A stretch of 55,883 nucleotides of DNA from a virus (IMGVR_UViG_3300037961_005406:1-55883), one strand, 5' to 3'; positions 10,226 through 18,216 are shown, counted from the stretch's first letter. The notes: generated by a model from the letters alone, not told the origin. Made by a program: numbers and translations.

Positions 10226-10421
10226 ATGGAAATCAGTAGCAGTAAAAAAAGAAACACACACATTACTTACTGCACTTTGTGGAGAAAAAGAACGTAACCC
10301 TGCTAGGATGATATCTAAATTAGTAAAAGATTATGCTGAATATCAGGCAAAGAAAAAAGGTATGCCTACAGAAAAATATATTGCGACTTTATTAAAAAAG
10401 AATGCGACTAAACAGAGATAA
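10212..10421 (+). CDS. Ribbon-helix-helix DNA-binding regulator
   Basis: KSVAVKKETHTLLTAL...RNPARMISKLV fits the RHH beta-helix-helix pattern. Confidence 0.65.
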   Translation: MDINKWKSVAVKKETHTLLTALCGEKERNPARMISKLVKDYAEYQAKKKGMPTEKYIATLLKKNATKQR

Positions 10422-10902
10422 ACTTCACTCAATAAAAAATGATACAGTTATAGATATTACTGTATCTAACAGACCAGGTTTATATTTTTTATTTAATCAA
10501 GAATATAAATTAATCTATATCGGAGAAAGTTTATTTCCATTAAGTAGAATACTAGATCATTATTGGAAAGCATATTTAGATGGAAAAGATAAAAAAGGTA
10601 TTGGACCTGTATTTTCTTATTTTAGAATAATTAGTGTAGATAATGAAACTAGAATTAGACAACACTATGAAAAACGTTACATAAAACATTACAATCCAGA
10701 GCATAATCATGGAGCAAACAGAGCACCATATAGTTTAACTTGTAAACAAATAAAAGCTCACATAATGATTTATGAAATGTTTTTTAAAAACATGAGCTGG
10801 TACAGATACATAAATGATGAAGTATTAAAAAAAATGTCAGATGGATTAGCACATAAAAAGAAATTAAGAAAATTAAGAGAAAAAAAGAAAACTTGGAGAT
10901 GA
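10402..10902 (+). CDS. GIY-YIG nuclease-family protein
   Basis: PGLYFL...LIYIGES...R..H...E...I..YNP.HN pattern. Confidence 0.75.
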   Translation: MRLNRDKLHSIKNDTVIDITVSNRPGLYFLFNQEYKLIYIGESLFPLSRILDHYWKAYLDGKDKKGIGPVFSYFRIISVDNETRIRQHYEKRYIKHYNPEHNHGANRAPYSLTCKQIKAHIMIYEMFFKNMSWYRYINDEVLKKMSDGLAHKKKLRKLREKKKTWR

Positions 10903-11207
10903 AAAAAACATTATTAAAAATAAATAACATGAAAAGGTTCTGTAAGTGGCTAGATCAAACTAGTGTGCACTTAGATATTGTAAGAACTTTACTATCTCAC
11001 CCATGGGTTATGTCATGGAAAGAGAGAAAAGGTATAGAAAAGCGACTAAAACAAACCCAAGACAGAGATTATTTTTGTTTCAAAAGATCTAAAACTAGGT
11101 TAAGATGGCGTAACATATACACACGTTTTCATCACTATGAGAAAGCGACCGAACTACTAACATATGTAAGGAAACGTTATGCCAGGCAAAAGAATAAAAA
11201 AAGATAA
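10893..11207 (+). CDS. Hypothetical basic protein (ATG at 10899 is an alternative start)
   Basis: ORF in the middle of a translationally coupled operon. Confidence 0.55.
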   Translation: MEMKKTLLKINNMKRFCKWLDQTSVHLDIVRTLLSHPWVMSWKERKGIEKRLKQTQDRDYFCFKRSKTRLRWRNIYTRFHHYEKATELLTYVRKRYARQKNKKR

Positions 11208-11433
11208 TCTAGAACAAGCCCTAGAAATACTTGCAGCTAATCTAAATTCTAAAGATTATTCCAAAGTAACAGGAGTTATGTCCATGTTATTTATAGGCCA
11301 TCAGTTTAATTTAAGTGGTGATGGCTTTGAATTTATTAATTTAGCTGTAAAAATTAAGAAAGAATCTCATAAGAAAACATTTAAAAAAGCTTTACATGGC
11401 AATGTAATTAAGCTAAAACCTAGATCGTCTTAG
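11179..11433 (+). CDS. Hypothetical protein
   Basis: RBS AAGGA; C-terminal NVIKL motif. Confidence 0.6.
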   Translation: MPGKRIKKDNLEQALEILAANLNSKDYSKVTGVMSMLFIGHQFNLSGDGFEFINLAVKIKKESHKKTFKKALHGNVIKLKPRSS

Positions 11434-11464
11434 GACGAACTCTCTTTTTTTTAGTTAATAGAGT

Positions 11465-11498
11465 AGGGGATGTGAGCGGGAGACTGCAATCATCCCCT
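11465..11498 (+). other. Intergenic stem-loop with GAGA tetraloop
   Basis: AGGGGATG/CATCCCCT outer stem enclosing GCGG-GAGA-CTGC. Confidence 0.6.
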
Positions 11499-11553
11499 TA
11501 ACTATTGACTTTAACTTTAATACAACATATTCGTGTAGTTATGGAGCTACTAC

Positions 11554-11985
11554 ATGAACATATCAGCGAAAATTCTAAAAATTATGGGTTTGAACGTAGC
11601 TGAGAAGTTAATAGAAAACACACCAAACCCTGACGTACGCATCTGGCGAGCTGTAATTGCGCTTGCTTTGGAAGATGTAATGATCACAAATCAGAACAGA
11701 ACTGAATCTGTTTTGAAAGGTGATGCTCATGATTGGTTTTGTAGCAACAGTGATGATTTTAAAATGGTATGCTTTCAAGCAGAATTAGATCCTAGGTTTG
11801 TAAGAGAAAGGTATCTTGATGCACTAGAAAAAGGTATAATTAAATTTACAAGAAAACAAAATTTGAATATAAGTTATACAAAAGAATATGAAAAACTTAG
11901 ACGAGCCACTACGAAGGAGCAGCGAAGGAAGCACAACGCAGTTATTGATAAGTTGCGGAAAGCTATATTTGAGTGCACCGATTAA
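11554..11985 (+). CDS. Conserved phage hypothetical protein
   Basis: WRAVI.LALED...AHDWF...F.MVC..A.LDP pattern; GGAG RBS; upstream TTGACT. Confidence 0.7.
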   Translation: MNISAKILKIMGLNVAEKLIENTPNPDVRIWRAVIALALEDVMITNQNRTESVLKGDAHDWFCSNSDDFKMVCFQAELDPRFVRERYLDALEKGIIKFTRKQNLNISYTKEYEKLRRATTKEQRRKHNAVIDKLRKAIFECTD

Positions 11986-12040
11986 TAGTATTGAAAGACA
12001 GTTTTATAAATTTTTATATAAAAAAATAAAATTAAGATAT

Positions 12041-12508
12041 TTAAATTAAAGATTTTTCCCATCTATATTTTTGAACTGAATGAACTTTTGGTTGCCACTC
12101 TCTATTCTTTCTTGTTGTCCAACCTGTACCTTCTGAAAAAGCTCTTGTTGTTTCTTTGTGTGTATATCCTGCAGCTTTTAAACTAATCCCAGATTCTGTT
12201 TCTAATGTATAAGTTAAAATTTTAGTGCCACCCATTTCTTTCCATATCCTAGCACATGCACCATATAAGAAGCTGTTAACATTTTTAATACCTTCTGTGC
12301 ATGTTCTTACAATTTCTCCTGTATAACCATCATCTAATTTTCTTGCTACAGGTCTACCAACAATTGCTACACCAATAATTTGATTGTCATCATCAACAGC
12401 TGCAATACAAAACTTACAGCCAACTACAGTTTTACTATGTCTGTGATGTTTTCTGACATACTCATTTGCTAATCTTAATGTATAAGGTTTAATCCTCACA
12501 GGCCACAC
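12041..12508 (-). CDS. XF1762-family / Mom-like GNAT-fold protein, putative DNA modification
   Basis: ANEYV..HHRH, GVAIVGRPVAR.LDDG, E..R.CT, SFLYGA, TYTL..E.G.SL.AAG motifs. Confidence 0.7.
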   Translation of the reverse strand: MWPVRIKPYTLRLANEYVRKHHRHSKTVVGCKFCIAAVDDDNQIIGVAIVGRPVARKLDDGYTGEIVRTCTEGIKNVNSFLYGACARIWKEMGGTKILTYTLETESGISLKAAGYTHKETTRAFSEGTGWTTRKNREWQPKVHSVQKYRWEKSLI

Positions 12509-13308
12509 ATACCTTCACACTCTTGATTGAATAAATCTCCTTGAGTGTCATTTTTAAATTTAACTTCATCTAAAGGTACACAAGATCTGTGAACATAGTT
12601 TTTTACTTTTGGATTATGTTTACGCATTTCTTTATCGAAGAACACAGCTTCTTTAAATTCGTTAGGTCTCTTATCTCTCATTTCTATCCAGAAATTATCA
12701 TCGTGAAACGGACACCCGATACAGGCCGACTTCACAGGTACATTGAAACCTTTACCTTCATACCATTTTAAACAATCCTGTCTGGTCATTTTCTTTTCTA
12801 ACAATGGCCATCTGTTTTCTTGCCACCAAAACCTAGATGGTTTCATACGCATTACTTCATCCATAGATATACCAATCCAAACCTCAACCCATTGATTTTT
12901 CTTCATTTTTTGTCTTGGTTTGTAGCCTAATATTTCTCTTATTTTCTTTGCAATTGGAGTTATTTTATATTCTCTTGTGCATTGTCTTCGACCCATTCCT
13001 TTTTTACCTTTTTCATTCAAAGTATAAAATGGTGCTGAAGCGAATTGATTACCACCTGGAGACAAAGCTTTTAAGATGTCTTTGTCTAGATCTCCTTTTT
13101 TAGTTATGTGCACAGGATAAGATAGTTTTGTTTTTAAATAATTTAAATGATCTATTACTGTAGATGGTTCCCAACCTGTATCTGCGAATACAGCTGCATC
13201 AGGTTTAACACCAAATGCTCCTTGGTCTGCCATCAAGGCCATAGTGCTAGATTGTACACCAGCTCCTAACGATAAGATTCTTAGACTTGGTTCTTTGTCA
13301 CGTTCCAT
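12496..13308 (-). CDS. PAPS-reductase-like / adenine nucleotide alpha-hydrolase protein, Cys-rich
   Basis: PP-loop-like SLGAGVQS, FADTGWE, CT..YKI.PI, GIS.DE..R, KSACIGCPF, terminal CEGMC. Confidence 0.8.
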   Translation of the reverse strand: MERDKEPSLRILSLGAGVQSSTMALMADQGAFGVKPDAAVFADTGWEPSTVIDHLNYLKTKLSYPVHITKKGDLDKDILKALSPGGNQFASAPFYTLNEKGKKGMGRRQCTREYKITPIAKKIREILGYKPRQKMKKNQWVEVWIGISMDEVMRMKPSRFWWQENRWPLLEKKMTRQDCLKWYEGKGFNVPVKSACIGCPFHDDNFWIEMRDKRPNEFKEAVFFDKEMRKHNPKVKNYVHRSCVPLDEVKFKNDTQGDLFNQECEGMCGL

Positions 13309-14237
13309 ATTGCTCTTCCTATTTCTTCTGCGATTTGCGGGACGATAGAGTTTCCCAATCCTTTAAGTCTGTATACCCGCCCGGGTACCCCATTAGCCAC
13401 TCTACCCACATCGGGTTCAGTGCGCCACCAACTTTCTCCCCTAGATTCCCCTTGCCACGATCTATCTTGCTGTCCTTGTACATGAACTCCCTTGGAGTTG
13501 GCCACATTATGTTCGGATGTGCTACTTGATCGTTTAAACTGATCGGCATTTTCTTGTTCACTTTCATTTGCATTCTTTCCTTCGAACTCGCTCCCCTGTC
13601 GCAATGTGCGTCTGGTGTTCTCCATAACTTCATTGTCGCTGGATCCACTTGTTCTCTCAGGTTCGATGGACGAGATCTTCCCTTCCTTTGACCTTGCATC
13701 AGCTTCTTGGTTCCTTCTTCTGATCTTGGAGGTAAGTGATCCATTGTGTTTGGAGTAGCCCACAATCCAGACTCTTTCTCTTCTATGGGGCGCGCCGACG
13801 CCTGCAGCTGGAATAATAAACGCTTGGACTTCGAAGCCTTCACTTTCCAGGTCAGTGCACACTGTTTCGAATACCATGCCGTCTTGGATGTTAATAATTC
13901 CTCTGACATTCTCTGCAATAATCCAGGTGGGTCTGACTTCTTTAATGACTCTGAACATATCTGGCCAGAGATATCTGTCGTCATTGGTACCTTTTTGCTT
14001 GCCTGCAACACTGTACGGTTGGCAAGGAAAGCCTCCTGTGAGGATGTCAATGGGTTCTTTGATGTCTTTCGCTTCCAATTTTTTAATATCATGATGTATT
14101 GTAACTCCTTTCCAATGTTTTTGCAGCAATAGTCTGCAGTATGGGTCAACTTCACAGAAGCCTACAGTTGTAAAGCCCACTCGTTCTAGAGCTAAACTAA
14201 ATCCACCAATACCGCTAAATAAGTCTAAATGATTCAT
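13281..14237 (-). CDS. C5-cytosine DNA methyltransferase, main (alpha) chain
   Basis: Motif I LDLFSGIGG, IV GGFPCQPYS, VI ENV, VIII HRRERVWIVG, X LGNSIVPQ; no motif IX in this frame. Likely start is MNHLDLF at 14237. Confidence 0.92.
   Translation of the reverse strand: MNHLDLFSGIGGFSLALERVGFTTVGFCEVDPYCRLLLQKHWKGVTIHHDIKKLEAKDIKEPIDILTGGFPCQPYSVAGKQKGTNDDRYLWPDMFRVIKEVRPTWIIAENVRGIINIQDGMVFETVCTDLESEGFEVQAFIIPAAGVGAPHRRERVWIVGYSKHNGSLTSKIRRRNQEADARSKEGKISSIEPERTSGSSDNEVMENTRRTLRQGSEFEGKNANESEQENADQFKRSSSTSEHNVANSKGVHVQGQQDRSWQGESRGESWWRTEPDVGRVANGVPGRVYRLKGLGNSIVPQIAEEIGRAIWNVTKNQV
13319..13984 (-). CDS. Alternative-frame MTase (beta) chain: three WxTP modules plus motif IX-like segment
   Basis: The frame is open for 278 codons inside the MTase gene. 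It contains WATP, WRTP, WPTP and LNPMWVEWLMGYPGGYT. Candidate ATG at 13984 is preceded by AAAGG. Confidence 0.75.
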   Translation of the reverse strand: MTTDISGQICSESLKKSDPPGLLQRMSEELLTSKTAWYSKQCALTWKVKASKSKRLLFQLQASARPIEEKESGLWATPNTMDHLPPRSEEGTKKLMQGQRKGRSRPSNLREQVDPATMKLWRTPDAHCDRGASSKERMQMKVNKKMPISLNDQVAHPNIMWPTPREFMYKDSKIDRGKGNLGEKVGGALNPMWVEWLMGYPGGYTDLKDWETLSSRKSQKK

Positions 14238-14240
14238 CTG

Positions 14241-14436
14241 TGACACTGTTTTTATAGGTTTTACGTAATTTGTCAATCTATATAAGATATTTCTACCTAA
14301 AACACTCTACACAGGACACCAGAATGTCTGACATTTGTGACATAGACCTCTTTTTAGACTATTTACATTGATACTACTTACTTATTTGATGTCACAAACA
14401 CTTTTATTCTGTGACATACACTGACACTAGTGACAC
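14241..14436. repeat. Cluster of (G)TGACA(C/T) repeats in the divergent region upstream of terS
   Basis: Copies at about 14241, 14329, 14337, 14411, 14422 and 14430, one inverted copy at 14389, and a GGACAC variant at 14314. Confidence 0.7.
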
Positions 14437-14505
14437 TAACCACTTATGGACAAAACACCTAAACTTGGATACAGTCTTAATTGAGTTAAAAATATCTTAT
14501 TACAA

Positions 14506-15000
14506 ATGGCTGGAAAAAAGAACACTATAAAAACGATGCATGATCTGACTGCGAAGCAGAGAAAGTTTGTTGATATCTATGTGGCCAATTACGGATTAAT
14601 TAGTAAGACAGAAGCAGCTAAGCAAGCTGGATATGTAGCTAAAGATCCACATACGATTGCATCTAAATTAACTAACCCAAATAGAAACCCCCATGTTGTA
14701 AGATATTTAGAAAAAAGATTAGCTGTTGAAAGAAATAAATATGCTAATCCGTTACGTTCACATAAAAGATTTGAGAAGTTTGGTGATGACGCTGCAAAGA
14801 AAAACCAATTCGCTTCAGCAATCAATGCAGAATTTAGATCTGGCCAATTGGCTGGAATGTATGTTGATAAAAAAGAAATTACAAATAATACTCTGGAGGG
14901 AATGTCACGTGAACAACTTGAAAAACGTTTATCAGAACTCGAAGCCAAAATCGGGGAAGGTAAAAACATCATTAACGTCACGCCAACAGAGGATGGTTAA
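14506..15000 (+). CDS. terS: Terminase small subunit
   Basis: LTAKQRKFVDIYV...TEAAKQAGY...ASKL..P.V N-terminal HTH typical of TerS. Confidence 0.85.
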   Translation: MAGKKNTIKTMHDLTAKQRKFVDIYVANYGLISKTEAAKQAGYVAKDPHTIASKLTNPNRNPHVVRYLEKRLAVERNKYANPLRSHKRFEKFGDDAAKKNQFASAINAEFRSGQLAGMYVDKKEITNNTLEGMSREQLEKRLSELEAKIGEGKNIINVTPTEDG

Positions 15001-15071
15001 AACAGATAAATGGATGGTTGTATTTAATGAAATACATAATTCACATTTATCTATGAATATAGGAAAGGTAG

Positions 15072-15413
15072 ATGTTAAAACAGATGAAGAAGAAATATAA
15101 AGTTGGTAAAACTTATAAAAAAACAATTCCTTTGAATTTTAAAAAGCTCGGTAAAAATATAGAAGATTATCCTTTTGTAGAAATAAATTGGGCTGACATT
15201 GAAGGAGATGCAGGTTGGTCTGATACAAAAAGTTTGTTAAAAAGTAAATTACCCATTTGCGTTTCTAAAGGTTATTTGGTATCACAACGTAATGGAGTTA
15301 CAAGAATATTTACAGATTATATCAAAGCGAAAGACAATGATACTTTTGAAAATATTGGTAACACCACAATTATTCCAACTTCAGTTATTCAATCAATAAA
15401 GGTATTAGGCTAA
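15072..15413 (+). CDS. Conserved phage hypothetical protein
   Basis: V.I.W.DI....GW...C.S.GYL...IP..VI..I motif. Confidence 0.75.
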   Translation: MLKQMKKKYKVGKTYKKTIPLNFKKLGKNIEDYPFVEINWADIEGDAGWSDTKSLLKSKLPICVSKGYLVSQRNGVTRIFTDYIKAKDNDTFENIGNTTIIPTSVIQSIKVLG

Positions 15414-15619
15414 TGGATATGATAATTTATCAAGATGGTGTTTACGAACTAATTACTGTAACAAAAGATATGTTTGAAGGTGCTATCAAACCAGAAATAG
15501 TAGATTGTTTTAGCTTGTGCGATATACTTAGAGATAAATTTACTACCTACCTTGAGGACATTAACAGACATGTTATGAAAGAAGGTGGTGCATACTTTTA
15601 TGGCTGTATGTGCAGCTAA
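15413..15619 (+). CDS. Hypothetical protein
   Basis: TAATG coupling; C..LC...GC.C. Confidence 0.6.
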   Translation: MDMIIYQDGVYELITVTKDMFEGAIKPEIVDCFSLCDILRDKFTTYLEDINRHVMKEGGAYFYGCMCS

Positions 15620-15634
15620 CTTGTCTTATATCAA

Positions 15635-16051
15635 ATGGCATTAAAAAAACGTGAATCTTTACTCTTTCAAAGAGTACGTAAACATATAAAAAAAGCGCAT
15701 TTTACAAGGATAGAAAGCTCAACAATACAAGGTATACCTGACGTACATTGTGTGATGAATAAGCGTATTTTTTGGATTGAATTAAAGTCTACTGAGGACA
15801 AGTTTCCGATACTGTCTAAGTTTCAAATGGCATGGTGTTATGAATACCAAAGACATGGTGGCCATGTTTTCGTGCTGCATCAGGCCCTCTCGCAGAGGTC
15901 TCTGAATCTTTACAAAGTGGCCGGTGAGGTGGATCCCTCGTCTCGTTCCTCGTTTTCTCGTTCCCTCGTTCTCGTTTATAGCTCACCGGACCCACCTCCG
16001 CCGCTGGCCTGGCAGGAGCTGGCCGCTGCGCTTCAGGAAAAAAATGGTTGA
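15635..16051 (+). CDS. PD-(D/E)xK nuclease (VRR-NUC / Holliday junction resolvase-like)
   Basis: ES...RIES....GIPDV....FWIELK...LSKFQ..W motifs. The C-terminal part is encoded by the first CTCGTT array. Confidence 0.8.
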   Translation: MALKKRESLLFQRVRKHIKKAHFTRIESSTIQGIPDVHCVMNKRIFWIELKSTEDKFPILSKFQMAWCYEYQRHGGHVFVLHQALSQRSLNLYKVAGEVDPSSRSSFSRSLVLVYSSPDPPPPLAWQELAAALQEKNG

Positions 16052-16075
16052 CACCATTTCCTCGTTTGATATAAG
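16048..16075 (+). promoter_or_regulatory. Sigma70-like promoter
   Basis: TTGACA-16nt-TATAAG preceded by an A-tract (UP-element-like). Confidence 0.6.
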
Positions 16076-16081
16076 GAATTT

Positions 16082-16207
16082 GTTAATGACAAAGGTGAGG
16101 AACAGCTCTGGCATCCGTCCATGGAGAGATGCAGTGTGGCGCAACTCCTAGCTTATTTGTTTATTTATCATCTGTCATACCACGGGCTAGTCCTTGCTGG
16201 CCCGTGG
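16082..16207 (+). ncRNA. Candidate structured small RNA (alternatively a 21-aa leader peptide)
   Basis: Follows a promoter; ATGACA..GGTGA pairs with TCATC-TGTCAT; inner GCATC/GATGC stem; closing CCACGGGCTAG/CTGGCCCGTGG hairpin. Confidence 0.4.
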
Positions 16208-16435
16208 CCTTAATCAAAACCTCGTTTTCTCGTTTCCTCGTTTAGCAATAGTTCTAGGACATAGCTCACCGTTAGCATCTGGTGCCCAGCAGCCGTCGGA
16301 AGCTGATGCGTGTGGATCCTCGTTTCTCGTTTAGAAATAAGGCTTTTGTTTACAGGTGATTACCTGTGAGCTGGGACCCAGATTTTTCCACCAGAATCTC
16401 CTGAAGCCCTGCTGAAAAAAAAATAAATTTTCTTC

Positions 16436-16465
16436 TTGACTTCTATCCCATGAGGTCTTATGTGT
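16436..16465 (+). promoter_or_regulatory. Repeated early-type promoter TTGACTTCTATCCCA, copy 1
   Basis: Identical 15-mer also at 17438; preceded by an A/T tract. Confidence 0.65.
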
Positions 16466-16471
16466 ATGTCT

Positions 16472-16546
16472 ATGATTATAATATATACAACAGCACTGTA
16501 TCTCCTGATCCTTTTTGGGTCAGGAGTGGTGTCATTTAACTTTTAG
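16472..16546 (+). CDS. Putative 24-aa hydrophobic peptide overlapping a strong hairpin
   Basis: MIIIYTTALYLLILFGSGVVSFNF; contains CTCCTGATCC-TTTTT-GGGTCAGGAG. Confidence 0.4.
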   Translation: MIIIYTTALYLLILFGSGVVSFNF

Positions 16547-16553
16547 GAGAGCT

Positions 16554-16850
16554 ATGCCAAAGACAGATGAACGAGAAAAAGATAATGTTGTTTTCACGTG
16601 TAAGAAGCACGGAAAAGAAACATACTTCAAAATTAAAAAACTTGAGAAGATGAGAAAGATGCGTGAGTACGTATACGTATGGTTTGACGTAGATGGTCTT
16701 ACTGAAAAGATGTGGGTGCGAATCATTTCGGGTGACCGTAAAAAAGGAATGGGTAAATTGGATAACGTTCCAAGCATTCTAGATCATTTAAGGTTAGGAG
16801 ATCTAATCAGATTCGAAACTGACAAGGAGGGAATAACATGGGGACTTTAA
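16554..16850 (+). CDS. Hypothetical early protein
   Basis: AGGAG RBS before MPKTDE; EKMWVRI...GKLDNVP resembles a DUF2314-type motif. Confidence 0.7.
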   Translation: MPKTDEREKDNVVFTCKKHGKETYFKIKKLEKMRKMREYVYVWFDVDGLTEKMWVRIISGDRKKGMGKLDNVPSILDHLRLGDLIRFETDKEGITWGL

Positions 16851-17257
16851 AAATACGCGATTGGCTTCTCGCTGGAGAAGCCAAAGAATATTTTACAATT
16901 AAGGACATTGCTGAGCACGGCTGCGAAGGAGGTGTTTCAGGTTTGATTTACTACAAAGAAACCGCAAGGTTTCACGACGACAATGAGGAAGAGATTTGGG
17001 ATATCATTTCTCGGTTTGCCGATGACAGCGGACAGACATTGATGCAATACCTTTCCGTGGTCGCGAAGGATGCCAGGACTCTCACCGGCCTGAAGAACTC
17101 CCTCGTTTGGATTGCCGTTGAGTCGATAGCTCAAGACATTGATGAAGAGCGCCAGACAGGTGGCCAGCAGCAGCGGACGGGAACGAAAAGCGAATTCATC
17201 AAGCTAATGGAAAAAGGCGAGGTTGATGATAGCTATAATATGCGAGGCAACAAATAA
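16838..17257 (+). CDS. Acidic helical early protein (HGCxGGxSGLIYY family)
   Basis: AGGAGG RBS; IAEHGCEGGVSGLIYYKET..FHD..EEEIW...KNSLVW.AVE. Confidence 0.75.
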   Translation: MGTLKIRDWLLAGEAKEYFTIKDIAEHGCEGGVSGLIYYKETARFHDDNEEEIWDIISRFADDSGQTLMQYLSVVAKDARTLTGLKNSLVWIAVESIAQDIDEERQTGGQQQRTGTKSEFIKLMEKGEVDDSYNMRGNK

Positions 17258-17437
17258 TGTTTGTATTATTTTTACTAATATTTGCCTGTATTCTGTGGCC
17301 TGAAGTTACCTCGTTCTCGTTTTGGATCGTGGTCTCGTTGGTAGTTATGGCTTTCCAGGGAGCTGGCCAGGCGCAGCGGCTGAGCCCAGCAGCTGTCGAA
17401 CCTGTACCTGCTTTTACTTTTTTAGAAAAATATTCGT

Positions 17438-17465
17438 TTGACTTCTATCCCACGTATGATAAGAC
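17438..17465 (+). promoter_or_regulatory. Repeated early-type promoter TTGACTTCTATCCCA, copy 2
   Basis: Identical 15-mer to 16436; followed by an AGGAG RBS and ATG at 17494. Confidence 0.65.
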
Positions 17466-17493
17466 ATATGTAACTAAAAAAAAGGAGAACAAG

Positions 17494-17886
17494 ATGGGAT
17501 TAGATCAATACGCTCACCTGCGTGGGCAAGAATACGAATGGGACGCCAACGATGATAATCAATTCTATTGGCGAAAACATGCGAGACTTCAACAGTTCAT
17601 GGCTAAAGAACACGCAAAACAAAACCCCGTTGAAAAAAATGAGAATGATATGGGATTAGGTTTTAATGGTGGACCGGTGTACATAACTGAAGAAGTAGTG
17701 AGAAAACTAGAAGAGGCGATAGAAAATGATTATTTTGATTATTTTGCTCCTGATGGTTTCTTTTGGGGACAACAGTTCCAAGAACAGCAGGTGAAAGAAT
17801 ACAAAGCACAGGATAAAAAGTTTTTGCAATGGTGTAAGGACATGATTGCGAAAAAGAAAGTTGTTGAATACCATTGTAGTTGGTAG
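17494..17886 (+). CDS. Conserved phage early protein (MGLD...YWRK family)
   Basis: AGGAG RBS; MGLDQY...FYWRKH..LQ.F...GFFWG...Y..SW. The in-frame upstream extension from 17257 may be a separate or fused membrane segment. Confidence 0.8.
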   Translation: MGLDQYAHLRGQEYEWDANDDNQFYWRKHARLQQFMAKEHAKQNPVEKNENDMGLGFNGGPVYITEEVVRKLEEAIENDYFDYFAPDGFFWGQQFQEQQVKEYKAQDKKFLQWCKDMIAKKKVVEYHCSW

Positions 17887-18033
17887 GCGACGACCTGCGA
17901 GGTCTTTTGTCAGAGTAGCTCCTGTTTAGACCTCGCTTTTCTCGTTTCTCGTTTGAAACGCAAACTTAATTTTAACTAATGAAGTTACCAGGATCTGGCC
18001 AGCTGCAGTTCACGGAAACTTCAGGAAAGGAAT

Positions 18034-18216
18034 GTGATGACAGATAAAGCTGACCAATGGATTTGGTATAAAGATAGAACTAACAGAACAAGAAAAATTA
18101 AATTGAAAACTTTATTAAATCGTGTAAATTCCATATCAATTAAAAACAAATACTTTTCTACAAGGAGGGAAGCAAATGGCAGTACAAGATCAAATCGTGC
18201 AGGAAGTGCAAACTAA
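18034..18216 (+). CDS. Hypothetical basic protein
   Basis: AGGA RBS, 60 aa. Confidence 0.5.
   Translation: MMTDKADQWIWYKDRTNRTRKIKLKTLLNRVNSISIKNKYFSTRREANGSTRSNRAGSAN

Noticed and set aside
10402-10902. GIY-YIG gene as an intron- or intein-borne homing element
   Set aside because: It is free-standing in a coupled operon, and no flanking gene appears interrupted.
13287-14132. Plus-strand ORFs 13287-13529, 13746-14132 and 13855-14094 as extra genes
   Set aside because: They are antisense shadows of the dual-coded, GC-richer MTase region, with no motifs or RBS.
14726-15100. 124-aa ORF overlapping terS
   Set aside because: It is mostly an alternative frame of terS; only the last ~35 codons (from ATG near 14993) could be a real small gene.
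15924-16151. 75-aa ORF across the first repeat array
   Set aside because: It is a by-product of the GC-rich repeats and crosses a promoter; no RBS.
16082-16207. tRNA, tmRNA or SRP RNA identity for the structured segment
   Set aside because: No T-loop GTTCRA, cloverleaf or SRP helix-8 consensus; kept only as an unassigned RNA candidate.
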